In this document: piece after piece, positions 1 to 15,000 of the stretch
How the letters are laid out: every line of letters starts with the position of its first letter
Position numbering within the stretch: the stretch's first letter is position 1
Origin: Hormiphora californensis
Lineage: Eukaryota > Animalia > Ctenophora
Direction: 5' to 3'
DNA: 64,000 nt
NCBI GenBank assembly: GCA_020137815.1
Contig: CM035355.1
Coordinates: forward strand, 3,224,001 to 3,288,000
Made by a program: the position numbers and the translations under genes
Notes under the pieces: generated by a model
Told to the model about the DNA's origin: nothing
What the model saw: only the letters and a program-made list of their open reading frames with translations
Database searches by the model: none

Positions 1-3000
1 CAGCGGAACAAGTTCCTTCGAAAGCTGAAAGAGAAAGATGACAGCCAGAAAGAGATGGAGAAACGGGAACAGGGATTTACGTTATACTTGAACGGGGCAC
101 ACAGTGCAAACAAGAGATCACAACCTGTTAAATCAGTAAAAAGTCAGTAAAACAACAATAACAAATAATTTTTCATTCTGACGAAAACAATTATTTTCAG
201 CTCCAAGGAGACGAAATGCAGAGGAGGTTGAACCCCGGCAAAATCCATCTGTGTAAGTCCACAATCCTCCTTGAATATACCGTAGCGTGGACACTGTCAA
301 AGTCCACACCCAAATCATGATTTACACAAGGAGGTCAATAATTGTATTTTGTCCCTCTGTCTCATTCTCAATCCATGGCATCCAGACACCATTACCCTTG
401 CCCCTTGTCGAGTAGGTCCTCTGCCCTATATGCTTCACTCTGTCCACATAATCCAACATCTTGGTTGCAACCATCTGCACCACGCTAGGATTATCAAGAG
501 CCACATTGTCCGACTCAGATGGGTCCATATGGAGATTGTATAACTGAACCCTTGTTATAATACTCGATATCTTTACATACGTCCACTCCTCCTCTGTACC
601 GTTTGTGTTGCTTACCAACCGTTTTGAGGCACTACAATCCTCCAAACCGACCTGACCCAAAATGAGTTTCCAAGAGAACCACCGGTAAACAAAGTGGCCA
701 TTGCTGTGGAGAAAATTAAAGTTGGTATCCGGGAAAATGTGAATGAGTTTCTCTTCCCGTGATAGGGCATCCTGAATAAGGTCTGGAACGGAGACATCAT
801 TGGCCCCAAACAAGGCCATGTTGATCAATGTGTGGCTCCTAACAGCTTTACCCTCGCTGATAGAAGGCCAGATGTTCACACCATCCACGTCCCTCTGACT
901 ATCCATACCTCCACTTGCTAGGTACTCAAAAGTGGGGAACCAGTCCACAACATGATGTATGTTCCTGTTGACATAGCCCGTCTTGTGGAGGAGCGGGGAG
1001 TTGACAAAACTAACACTCCTCACCCCACCCTCATAAAATGATTTCTTGCCTCCTTTAAAGGGGTAGTTACTACCTGCCCCATCCACAATTGGAGCACCGT
1101 TATCTGATGCAAACACAACTACAGTGTTCTCCCTCGCCCCCACTTCATCTAATACACCCATCACCCTCCCTACTCCTTCATCAAGAATGCTAATCATGCT
1201 GGCATAGAGCCTCCTCCTCTTGGAGCTGATCACCATGTGCTGTGAATATTGGTGCTGTTTATCACGGGGTGCCTGGTACTTGAGGTGGGGAGCTGTATAC
1301 GCTAGGTACATAAACCAGGGCTGTTGTTGGGGAGTTCTCCTTATTAAATCAACTGCTCGTTCTGTGTAGATGTTGGTGGAGTAGTTCCCCTTTAGATCGT
1401 ATCTGATGGTGTCTTTTAGGTAGCCGTCTTCCACCTCGTCTTCTCTCAGATCGTACGCTCCCTGAACGGTTGTTGGGGTAGATCTAGGTTCGGGGCATGT
1501 ATTCATATAGGAGTAGACTTCCAATACAATAATAGTAGGAGACACTAGCGTGGTACGCGCAAAAAAATGCGCGCCACACACCTGTTATTTTAGGTATGTG
1601 GCGCGCATTTTTTTGTGCGTACCACGCTAGTGTCTTCTACTATAAGACAGATCTGTGTGCCATGTAAAGAGCAGTTACTCAGTTAGAAGTTAAACATCCA
1701 GGTATTACAGTCCTTGTATGTAGTAATGTAAGCGATCTTGCTAAAGACCTAATTTGTCCTTCTATGAGATATATAACAGCACTACCATCATTACATAGGG
1801 ATCTTGCACGCTAGATTCTCCCTATTGTTCACAATGTCTACTCTTCACTACTTCCCCATCCTTGTCAGTTACAATCGGGCCCTAATTTACTGAAAACCCT
1901 GGGCCCTGATTTACTGGACCCTGATTTACCTGGATGATGTGTGTAAAATAGTCTCCTGATCCCTGGTACTGGCCGAGGAAGGTGTCAAATCCCCTCATTG
2001 TGGGTGTCTGGGACCAACTTGACATACCAAGGTGCCACTTACCTGTGTGGATATATGGGGTTGTTAGGGACACAATCAAGAAAATGATTTCAGAGCTCCC
2101 TCTGTTATAAAGAAGATGAGGTCACAAACGGGGGAGTCGGGGAGTGGTAAAAACATATAGGTTAAAAGGTAGAAGCTGTTAGTTTTTCAGGGGTGACTGG
2201 TGATGATCCGCTCCCGGGGTATACTACCCACCTATAATATGAGTCTTGTACCCGTACTCTCTAAACATGTCAGCGATTGTAGTCTCACTCTCGTCCAGCC
2301 CCCATTCAGAGAAGGGTGACATGTTACCATTCCAGAATCCAGTCCTTATGGCGTGTCTACCAGTTAGCAGGCTAGCCCGGGTTGGAGCACACTGAAACAA
2401 GGGGGATTTACTAATGCCACACATTGATGCAGCCTCATGATCCATATGATGACTCATACAGCATCTAATGAGGGTTCTTGAAAACAGCTTTAATCTTTAT
2501 CGTATATCACTTGTGCTAACCTGAGGCATGACATAGTGATTCTCCATAATGACACCTTCTCGGGCTAGTTTATCAATATTTGGGGTGAGGATATCCGACC
2601 CTTGGAACCCCAGATCCTCATACCCTAGATCATCGGCCAGTATAAAGAGCACATTGGGCTGTTTAGCAGATACCAATGGTATCACCAGGATCGGGATTAG
2701 GATATGGTACATCTTTCAGTAATCCTTTGTTCTAACCCTCCTTTACGGTGCGAGAGGGTCGAGAGTCAAGGCAGCAGATCCAGAGAGAATCGAGCAAGGC
2801 AGTGCAGGTCCTCTGGTATGTTATCTTCGCAGGTTCACCGTCATACTGACTATAATGTAACAAAACTAGAAGGGAAAGGAAGGGAAAGTAATTGGATCTG
2901 AGCCTCTGAACAACTATATTTCTCAAAACAATAGCTGAATAGCACTATTATATGCCGGCATTTTATTGACCACAGAAATATAGATGACTTGCTTTAACAT

Positions 3001-6000
3001 AGATTATGAGAGAGAAAGAGAAAGAGAGAGAGAACCACTAAACATTAGAACAAAGTAGTTGAGCAATGTGATAAAACTATTATAGGTATTTAGTGCTTTA
3101 GCAGCCACTAACATTCGTTTATTGGAGTATACTATGATCTCAGTAATATACAAATCCACTATTAATCCAAAGCCAATTGGCTTCAAGTTAATTCTGAATT
3201 TTGAATCCAAAACAGCTGCATAATATGATGCTCAGTATATTACAAATTGCCAACAGTACCACATCCAACAACAAGTGCAGTACTAGACAGAGTAGTAGCT
3301 AGAGAAGCCTCACGCTACATGTAAACTGCAGCAGCATTTCGTCTGCAGCAGGCAAATCAATTAGTGCTGATTTAAACTAATTGAATATATGCAACACAGG
3401 TATTCCTCCAATTAAGAGTTTGTGCACTGGGTGTGGTGTGGCCCTGCTGCATGTTAAATTTGTAAAGCCAACTCTAAAGACACACATAGTTACACTCTAC
3501 CACCATGATACTGCTAACTGTTCAAACCTGGCCGAGTGCAGAGAGGGTCGAGCAAGATGGGACTGATGGGACGTCCCAGAACCTTGGGCACAATACATGG
3601 AGACGCCATTCAAATACGTGTCTAACAAAGAGATTCTCCTTCAGTAAAACCCTTCATCAATTAACATTGAATTGGTATTCACGCATACTCGGTAAACAAT
3701 TTTAAGAAAGCCAGGGCGGGCAATTGAAACACACACAGTATGATAATGAAACACAAAAAGCCACACCAAACCAACAAGCCATGACAGAGTGTGCGGTTTT
3801 GTTACAATAGAAAACCCCGGAAACAGGTCAACAAATACCCACACGTCAAATTGTTACACACACATATGCATACCCAGAGTGATAATCCCCCTCTCTCTTT
3901 TTGATAGGGAGAGACAAGCTAACAAATCAAGGAAAGGATGGACTCATGTAAGTATCTGTTTTTGTAGTACAGGGTGTCCCATTGTAGATTGGATTATCAA
4001 CTGCTGAAAACACCTTGTTTTTACAATATGCTATTTGTTATTTCAAATCATAGTCACTGAGATCTAGTTGAAAAGCTGAAGATGATACTGATAGTACTAG
4101 AATCACCCATGATGAGTAATATAGTAGTAACTAGAAACCAATAATCAAGAGAAACAAATGAGGGAGTAGTCAAATAGAGAAATGTCAAATAACCGAGAAA
4201 TGTAACAATCAAATACTGCCGAGAGAGAGAGAGATTTAAAATTCGGAAAATGAAACCTCAGCTGCTGCATTATTTGAAACACATCCTTATAACTGATTTT
4301 CTCAGGAATCTCTAGATATAGCAACTGAAACGGGAAGAAGTATTCACATTAGAGCAAACGGTAATTAAAAAACAACAATAACAACTGTTTTAATTGACTA
4401 ATTGTTCTCTCATTTCCAACACACCATCTGGGAATCATTATCTCTATTTCTCCCTGTCATTGTCTCTATATCTCTCTCTCCATTCCAATCTCCCTACCCT
4501 TCACAGAACTAAACGGCTACTGCCAGCAACAAGATCAAGAAGAGGACGACACAGAGGTATGTATAATGTCACTATGTCACCAATTGTAACGGTTAAATTC
4601 GGGTGGGCCATGGGAATCAGGATATAAAGGAATGTGAAATTTAGGGAAAGTAGTCATTTGGGCACCTACTAAAGGTAAAATTTGTGATAAAATGTTAGAT
4701 CCAGAAATATTATTCACAAAGGGGTAAGCTAAGAAAGATGCAGCTTCGATAAACATGGCGCCATTGTAAAAGAGGCTGTGTCAAGGGGAGCATATGTTGT
4801 TACTTTTTGTGACGTTTACAATTATACTGACATATGCCATATGGTAGGAGGGGATAGTAAAGCACATGGAAATAGTAACTCACAGTGTTCTAGCTTTTAA
4901 GATAGTAAAGTAATATGTGAATACGTACTGCAGTGAGGCTTGGTCTATTGTCCTATAACATAACGTAGAAATATGTATGTGCAAATGAATAGTCAGCTAT
5001 CTAGCATGCCGTAATGGCAACTCACGATTTGAGAAATGCAAACATTTTCAGAACGTACTATACCGTTTACATTTAGCTGCTTCACACCACGCTTCCATTC
5101 GTAAATCATACATCCCATGTCTCAGCAAATTACAATAATACCCTTCTGGTCGTCTCTCTAAAGAAATGGTTATTAGAAGAAACCCTGATGTTATTTGGTT
5201 ACTTTATTGTGGGTTCCAAATTCCAATTCATGTTAAGAATCCACAATAAAATGAATTTCTTGATGATGTAATCCACACGACCTGCATGGTGACTAACAAA
5301 CATGCATCAATTTCATGAATTTGTTATCAAAGCTGCTATTCGGTGTCTTGCTTATTGCTAGCAGGGTACATGTGTGTAGTTCAGTAGGGACAGCGCTCTG
5401 TCTTGGTTAACCATGTTGCGCGGCGCCGCGCACCCAAACACCTGCTGCTGCTCCAGTCGAGTCCTGATATCCAGCTTGGCCTTGTGTTCATCACGACATC
5501 ACACATATTCAGAACATTTTAAATTTTGCATGCATAATATATATTTGGAATGGTTTCAAACCCCCTCTATCTCTCACCAGGATCTGGAGAGAAAGTACCT
5601 AGCTGCAACCCAACTAGACTCCGATGAGGGAGATTCCGACAGTACAGCTGTGGGAGAGGAGGATAGCGATAAACTGAACCTCACTTTTACAATGTCAGAT
5701 CTAAAGGTAATGTGGGTTAGTTATAGAATGAGGTCTGCTTGGTTACTACTCATAATCATAATGATAAATTATTATTCTACCTCCCTACCAGCGAGAGAGA
5801 AAGAGAGAGTTACACTCCATGTCTGTTGTTATGGGGATAACATACACCCATGTCCCCATAACAACGCACACTTATTGATACCCACTGCATGATACCTGCT
5901 TTCAGAGTTGTCTCACCCCTTACTCAACAACTTCAGAGAGTCAGGGAGTCTTTAGAGAGGTCTACAGAGGCTATCAGCAGTGACAGTGACGTGTCTATCG

Positions 6001-9000
6001 AGGAAGATCTTGAGGACTATCCAGACAGTTTCGAAGAAGTTGAAGAGATAGAAGAAGTGGAGGAGGAGGAAGAGGAGGATAACATCCAACCCCCTGTAGA
6101 GCGAGTGGCATCTACTGATTATTTTGTACTGGAGTTTAAAGCCCCTCCTAAAAGGAGTGTATCTGCCAGTCCCATGGCAGCTGCTGGACGGCCCATATCT
6201 TCCCAACAACCCTTCACCAAATCAGCCCCTAACACAGCCCTCACTGAGACGAGACAGGACAAGATTGTCATTGATAAGTGTCTTGTAGCAGCACTAGCAC
6301 AGGAAAACCGGTCTCACAGCAGGAATGAGAGTAAGTTTATTGTTGGGGAATGGGCCCTTGTATAAGTTGACTACTGCACTACCACAGTTTACGGGGGTGG
6401 GGGTGTTTATTTTAACAGGTTGTCCAAGGTTTTATGTATTCAGCCCGACTAATATCTATCTCTCCCTCACCCTACTCAGATGATAATAAACCTCCTGTCC
6501 AAACCTCTCTACCCAGTTCTACTCAGCACCAAAAGAAAGGCAAGCCCCCAAAGGCGAGCGAGTCACTGACACAGGAGACTCTAGAGATAGTATCCCAGAA
6601 AGTCAAGGATATGAGTGCAAGAGAGCAGCGGAGGTTACTTAGGGTTCTGGATAGGCTGGATACAGCCACCCCTATTATGAGCACTATCGGATCTGCACTT
6701 AGGACATCAGATAGCTCTACTGAGAGTAAAGGTGTGTTGATAATGTGAGACAGCTGACAGCCATTATATCAGATCTGGAGACTCCAGGGTCTTCAATTTG
6801 TCTTGAACCAATGGCTCGGACAGTCTTGAACAATTTATCTGGAAACCCCCACTTGACAAGAACTAACCCCCCCCCCCTATTGAACTGTATCTGTACCACC
6901 CCCCCCACCCGATCTATAGATCTACAAACCCCCACTTGACAAGAACTACCCCCCCCCCCCTACTGAACTTTGTCTACAAACCCCCACTTGACAAGAACTG
7001 ACCCCCCCCCCCCCTGATCTATAGATCTGCAAACACCCACTTGACAAGTTCTATAATACCCCACCCCCTATCAGATAGTGAGGGTGGAGTGGCAAGGAGT
7101 TCCACGGAGGAGAGGACAGCAGCTACCAGTGATGTGGTCCTACCTACCAGTGTACCAGGTACTTAATATGTTACTTTAGTAGTTTACTTTGGGGCGTTAC
7201 TTTAGTTTGTTGGATGGATGAAATGTAAGTAAAAATGAAAGGAAAACCAGAGATTATAAATCAAACGGATAAATTCAATAAATTATTGTTTTCTCTTACA
7301 ATGTTGGACACTTAGCGGGAAAATTAAAGTTTGAAAGTCAGCTGGTCTAATTATAACTTGGCAAGTTGTCCGTCTCCGTATCAACACCATAACAATAGCA
7401 TTTAGCGACACCATAGCAACACCTTAGCATTTAGTAACTCCTTAGCAACACGTGCTGGCGCAAAACCAGGTATAATATCTCAAGTAGTATGAGATGATCT
7501 TTCAGTTGGTACGATCACAGTTGGTTTACATCGGTTAACCAGCCCCATCACCGCATCTCTGATCTCATTCCTTATGACCAGATAAGGTGTGGTGAAGGAG
7601 TGGAAGATATAGGTGGTCCAGGTGAAGATGGTCAGACCTACCACGGTAGGGTGCTGCCCCCCGGAAGAGGTTATGAAGAGGGCTATGTAGACTGAGAGGT
7701 GGGAGAGGTAGTAGAAAAAGTAAACCATGGTGACCAATATGATATTCCAGGAAGCTCGCCTCTTTTCGGGTGATATTGGAACTTCCGGGTTGGGTTTCCT
7801 CAGTAGGATGAAGATTGCCAGTGCCGTACCAAAGAGAGTGGCCATAATGGGGAAGGGTATCGCCAGAGATATTATCAGTTGATTCAGGAATGTGTTTTCA
7901 TTTTTTGTAGGCTCCCCTGCGGTCATCATGATGATAACACAGGTTACAGAAACATAGATTAGCATCGTGACAATGCTGCACAACCAAAATAGCTTCTTTT
8001 TAATCTGGTAGAAGGGACTGGCTATCACAATGAGACGAACTGTGCAGAGGATAACCGTCCATATCCCTGCACAGAATATCAACAGTCGGGCCATACTCAG
8101 AATTATATTTTCCTGTGTTGGATTCTGAATTCCGTAACTAATGGTAACTAGAATCAGAACCAAGACATCCAGGACGTGGATAATGATGTATAGTTTTCCT
8201 GAGAGGGTCCGTCTTTTTATGTTTTCAAATATTGACCACGAGCTTATTGCCAGCACCCCAGTGGTACAGAAAGCCAAGATGGGGACCATTTTAGACATGT
8301 CTACTGCAGCAGAAGAGACGAGCACTGAAATGTGGTATCAGATGTTCAGCAAAAAATGTTTTTACCCTAACGGCGCACCGGTCAAACAGCTATTATGCAC
8401 ATATGATATGTACTTGAACAGATTTCCAGAACAGAAAAATCGATTATTCAAGGAGTATGATCTGTAGAACTGAGAACACCTGCCAAGACTAGTACCACTC
8501 GACTTACTCAACAAGCCAAGAAAGGAGTTTAATCTCGAAAATATCTGTACTGCCAAGACAGCTCATAAAAAAAACTGGGAAGATCTCAACTCGTATTTAG
8601 TATGCAGCCATAATTATGCGGTCACCATCTCATATTCTTCGTGCGTCGAAAAATGAGCAGTCGCTTAACAATTATCTGAGAGATAACTGAACTTTTTTGG
8701 CTTATTCGCGGTTTACATATCATATTTAAACCGCGGATAAACCCAAAGCGATAGTTAATCGACGTCGGCGACAAGTAGAGATATTTCTCTCGAGAGAAGT
8801 ATTCATACTGAGATACAACTTGTATCACACAGGATAAGTATCGGATAATTGTTTATGAGCCACATGATAATAATCTCCATCCGGCTTCAATCGAAGTGGC
8901 CAAAAGAAAACACGGTGATTTCTTCACTAAAGTAGTAAAGTACACTTTAAGTTACAGTTTGCTGTTTGACTAACCTGTGGTATCTTTTAGTGGGATGTAA

Positions 9001-12000
9001 GGTTGAGTTACGAATTCTGAGCAACTGGGGACATTCCAAGAGAGTGGGATTGACGCAGGTCACCTTTCTAACCATGAATGGGGCTACTATTTCACCTTTA
9101 TCTGTCACTACTAAAGGTAACCACTATTTCACCATTATCTGTATCTACTAAAGGTAACTACAACAGCTGCATCACACGTTCTGCTTCTACCTCTGAACTC
9201 CTGACTCAAAGTACCTTATCCTCTTCTTTTTTTCACTTCCTCTTGACATGACAGGTGCAGTAGACAAGGCGTATGGTAAGAACCTGCCCGCTCTAACGGA
9301 TGGGAAGAGCAACACAACAAAGGAGAACCACATGTGGTCGTGTCCCTTCTCCCCAGGACAGCGGCTTACCCTGACATTCACCCTCCCCCCTGGAACTGAG
9401 GTATTCTCAACTATTTGCAATAACTAGGGGAGATCTTAATACTAGCCAGAGATCACAACAACAGAATACACCTCCAAGGTGTATTCTGTTGTTGTGATCT
9501 CTCCCACCCCTCACACAACTCTCCCACCCCTCACACAACTCTCCCTCACACCCCTCTACCACCCCTCTACCACCCCTCACACCCCTCTCCCTCACACCCC
9601 TCTCCCATCCCTCACACCCCTCTCCCATCCCTCACACCCCACCCCTCTCCCTCACACCCCTCTCCCTCACACCCCTCTCCCATCCCTCATTGGCCCATGC
9701 CTCACACAACTCTCTGTGTAGGTTGGAGGAGCACTGATCTGGAACTATAACAGGAACCTATCTGAGCTTTCAATGGGGGTGTGTGAGTGTGAGATGGTAG
9801 TCGATGGAGAACAGAAGTGGAGGGGTGAGTTAAATAATAGTTCAGCCCTTTTTATAGCTTTACCTCACTGGTAATACCTCAGTTTAAATTGGTTTGTTGC
9901 CATTTCTTAATTCCCTAATTTTACAGGTGAAATACTGAAGGGATGTGGGAACCAGGTCTTTGATTATGCTACCCGGATATTACTATACGATGAAGCAGGC
10001 TCAAACCTTTTCCGGGATACCACATCGCGTGAGGGATCACGCGGGGTGTCACGTGAGGGGTCACGCGGTGTGTCGCGTGAGGGATCACGCGGGTTTTCAC
10101 GTGAGGGAATTCGAAGTTCACATGGGACAAAGGAGCGACATGACTGTCTTGCTGGACTAGCAATGGATGACAATGATGAGCTAAGGTTAGAAAAACTAAA
10201 ACTCTTAATAAGTGCTGAAATTTAGTCCATTTGTACAACCTTTTTTGTAATACTTACGTCCTTTTTCAGGGTTTCTGGTCAAAACCCACTGGGTCCCACA
10301 TCTTTACATTCCACAAGTACAACCAAGGTAAATACTCGGGAAGTACTCATCAGTCCTTACTATCTCATGATACTAATGAGGGAACTAATTAGTGTATAAT
10401 CCCCACCACTGTACCCATGCTAGGGGGTAATTTAGCCCCCTCCTCCCCCATTCTGGTCTACTACACCGGAAGTGCATCACTAATGTGCTTGGTGCTTCTA
10501 GGGGGTAGTATCATGTAGGAGGTTGTAAATTATAGGGTCTTACTTCTAGAAGCTTGTACAATTTACTACCTAGTGGAGAACAGTGTTACTTCGAGCTAAT
10601 GTGTGTGAGAGAGGCTGTGTAATAATATATGTTGATATATTAGTCATCGTTAGAAGGCTCTGTGTAACTTGTGTGTGACGTATATTACATGCACTAGTTT
10701 GCTGCGTGCAAAGTGAGTGTGTCTTTTTCCAGTTCTAGTTTATATCGTGTCTGGATCTTTTCACATTTTGATCATTGTCTAGGACTAATGACTTGATACT
10801 CTCATTTCTAGTTTCTTAATCGGGTTCCCCAGTTTATTAATTGGGTTCCCCAGTTTCTTAATCGGGTTCCCCTCTTCTTGACACCCTCTCCCTCCCTCAT
10901 CTAGATGCCACTACATTGTGCCGAGGCTACTACATTTTCCCTGACATCCCAACCTCCACGGCGCCCCACACCTGTTGATACCAGATCAGTGAGCCGGGAG
11001 GGTAGAATGGAGAACAGAACTCCCTCCTTCTCTCGTCCAGTCAGCGGACTCAACACCACTACTACCCCCACAGATAGAGGTAGCTGCGTTTAATTGACCA
11101 CCATGTGAACAGGGAGGATAGCTGTTTTGTTAAACTTTTCTAAGAAAGCAGTAACCCGTGAACGGGGAAGGGGTGGTCTAATAAATATATTCCTCCTTGT
11201 TATTATGTTCTAACCCTCCTTTACATTTGCGGAGCTCGCGAAAAGGGGGTCGAGCTAGGCAAGTTCCTCCTGACTTACTTATTACCCCTGTTTCAGTCCA
11301 CAAGTCATCAGATCCATCTATATGGCTGTCCAAGGATTCATCCCAGTCACAACGCAAGAGCCCAACGTGGCTGGAAGACTCAATGAACAAAGGTATGAAA
11401 TCTTACCACTCTATATCTTGAGAAGAGAGCGGTAGAATTGATAGCACCCTGTATGGCGGCGCCTACCCGATCTGAGAATCAAAAAGGGGGTAACAGCTAG
11501 TACTTGACACAAGTCTCTCTCCTATTCAGATGGCCCAATGGTATCCCGGTCTCTTCAGCGGTCCCAAATGGAGCTGGCCAGGTCTCTCACCTTTGTCAAC
11601 CTGCGAAGTAACCTCCTGGAACAATCTCTAAACGTTATAACAGAGTTCGATAAGTCTCAAGTGGGCAGGTAAACAATCTCTAAACGTTATAACAGAGTTC
11701 GATAAGTCTCAAGTGGGCAGGTAAAGATGCACAATAATATCTTTCGACAACCCATATTGCCACTATTTCTACTTGTTATTTAATTTCGAAACCTAGAACA
11801 TCAGGTGTGATCTTGTCACCTAACAATCTCCTCCTCTACAATATCGGGAACCATGCTAGCCTACGGGGCACCGGGGATGGTATTTTTCCTGCGCATCACT
11901 GTACTTCAACTTGTTATCTCGATGCATGTGTGATATTGTCACCTAACAAACTCCTTCTCTAACAGGTTGGGAGGCCCAAAACCCCTATCTGAGGAGGAGG

Positions 12001-15000
12001 AGCAAGATAGTCTGGATCAGCTAGTTACCTCCCCTGAACCAATGGATACTGCTGCTGCTGACTTGGAGGATATCGAGGGGTTCGTCATACCTGAGCTGCC
12101 ACGAGGTCAGTGGGGTGGGGGCAGTGTGGGGTAGTTGGAGATGTTCCAGAAAATAGGGGGGTGAGCAGGGGAGGTTAGTGGGGGGTGACCAGGAGATGTT
12201 CCAGGAAATAGGGAGTACACCTAGCTAGGGCAACGCTATATTTCTCCCTCCCCTCCCAGGTAGGGTACTGATAATAGAGGTACACAGCACGTGGGGAGAC
12301 AAGCACTACCTGGGACTAACAGGGATTGAACTGTTCAGTGATAAGGGAGACCCAGTTGAAGTGAAGAAGGTACATTAGGAACCGACCGAAACAGGAAATA
12401 CTAGTCCCTGATTGGTTGATGACCAGTCACGTGACCTAAATAACGAGTTCTGATTGGTTGTTTACTTGTGTCGGTCGGTTCCTGATCTGTTTCTACGTGA
12501 AGCTTTCACACGAGAAATGTTTGAACAACTCAATGAAGCATCATTCCTCAAATTTTACAGATTCCTCCCAGCTCCCCATGCCCTGCTACCCTTTCTCCCT
12601 ACCTGTGGGGCTCACAAATACTAATTTCAACAACTACTCATCCCCAGATCACAGCAGACCCGAGTGATATAAACGTGTTATGTGGTTACTCTAACGATCC
12701 TCGTATTGTGGGCAACTTACTGAACGGAGTTAATAGGTAATTACACCTCATTAATTAGCAATCTTAATTACATGAATACCACTACTCTATTGGCCGGATA
12801 TCAGATTATTATAACCACCCCCCCTCCAGAACCCGTGATGATTTGAACATGTGGCTGGCTCCCTTCACCCAAGGAAACCGACACATCATCACTATTGAGT
12901 TTGAAGAAACCTCAACTCTAGCCCTGCTTCGCTTTTGGAACTACAACAAATCACGGTAGGTTGTTGTTGAATGCTCCTCCGCCTCCCCCGCTCCATCACG
13001 GTAGGTGGGGATCTAACCTCTGATCCTTCCGTGACCCAATGTTTCTATCCATTTTGTAACTTGTGAGCGGACACCTTTAATTTTAATCTTTCTGTCCACG
13101 AGTTAGTTTGAATTGTTTATACCCTTGTACACCTGCAGGATCCATTCGTATAGAGGGGTAAGAGATGTCACGGTAATTCTGGACGAGGTTCCAGTCTTCA
13201 AGGGAGAGGTTGCCAGAGCTTGTGGCGGGTTAGCAGGTACTGTACAGTTAACATGATCCTAATTGTACCTGATTGTACCTGATTGTACCTGATTGTTGAC
13301 TAGCTATACTGTGTTTCGCACGGGTTAGAACAAACCTGATTGTACCCTTAATATGATCCTGATTTCCATATCAATATATACAGACCTGTTGGGCGAGTGA
13401 GAGAGATTACCCACACTGCAGCAGCTGTATTATACTGGGCTGGGTGATCCCTCTCTCACACAGATAAAAAGAAGAGGTGTTGTGGTAACTATACCAATCA
13501 CACACAAAGTGGTTGACTCAATGACTCTCCCCAGGTGGTACAGAAGCGTATGGAGACACCATTCTGTTCACAGAAGAAGAGGACATTCTGGAGCTGGTAG
13601 CTGGATTTGATATGACATACCAGGTATATAAGTAGTCACAATCACACCATGACGAGTAGGTAATCCATCAACTCCCTATCTCAACTCTCTCAACCCCTCT
13701 CTAACTCTATCAACTCCCTATCTCAACTCTCTCAACCCCTCTCTAACTCTATCAACTCCCTATCTCAACTCTCTCAACCCCTCTCTAACTCAATCAACTC
13801 CCTAACTCAACTCTATCAACCCCTCTCTAACACTCCATCAACTCCCTATCTCAACTCTCTCAACCCCTCTCTAACTCTATCAACTCCCTGACAGGGCGAG
13901 CTGGATGATATAGAGGAAGAGGGTGAGATTCTCCTGCCCCCTACTTCCCCAGACACACGTCCCCTCACCACCTACGGGCACAACACAGCCCGCCATTTCG
14001 AGCCCGCAACACAAACTGTCGAGGAGGAATACTTGCTGAGCGCTAGGGCAGAACTGCTGGATGAGATCCAGGGTAGGGTGCTGACCCTCACCCTCATGGA
14101 CACGTGGGGTGATCCTGACTTTATCGGCCTAACTGGCATTGAAATCTACGGAGGGGATGGGGAGATGGTTGATATTTCCAGGGCAACCGTTACAGGTGAT
14201 TATTTGCCCCACTGGCCCCCCACTGGCCACCAGCTTCCCTTTCTAAAAACTGATGTGGAGGGAGAAAGAGATAGAGAGATGAGAGAATGAGAGAGATAGA
14301 GAGATAGAAAGAGAGAGCTGAGAGTGGGACTATGAGAGCGAGGGCGAGATACTTTTTCTCTCACAGTGTTGCACTTGTCAAATGTCGTGAGAAAGACAGT
14401 GAAACATTAATCAGACACATAACAAATTTTTGTTGACACCACTCAATCACACAAGTGTAATATAAGGACACATGTCTTATTCCCGCTCTTTTAACACATG
14501 TTAAGGGTACACCTCGGCAAAATTTTTGTCGAGTGCCCGCTTAGCTCTCCATATGGGGTTGTAGGGCATACCAAGCCGACCTCAAATATGCAATTTTAGC
14601 CCTTAACTCGAATTCATATTTTTGCTACAGCCCCTCAAAGTTTGACCCTAAAAACCGGTTTTTAAGGTCCCTAAATTTTATTTTTAGGGCTAGAAAGCTG
14701 AAAATTTAGAGATTCATAGAGGATACCAAGGTGTATAGCTCAAACAGAAATTTTTTGAAATGGAGCTCAATTTTTTGTCTGAGACTATTTTACTTTTTTT
14801 GACTTTGAGGCCATATTTGGACATGTTCCTATGGACCGTTAAGGCTAAAAATTGGATATTTGGTGCTCCTAACAATTGTCAAAGTAGCCACAAATTTTCA
14901 GGAGGTCCGAATTTGAAATGTGGCCTACAGGTTTCTTTTTGTAAAGCACATATTTTAGGAAAACTTAAAATGGCTATATCTCAAAAACGGTAGGTCCTAG

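Noticed and set aside
1462-1581. N-terminal 40 aa of the 419-aa ORF
   Set aside because: Intronic read-through into a MITE; the real exon starts at the acceptor at 1461.
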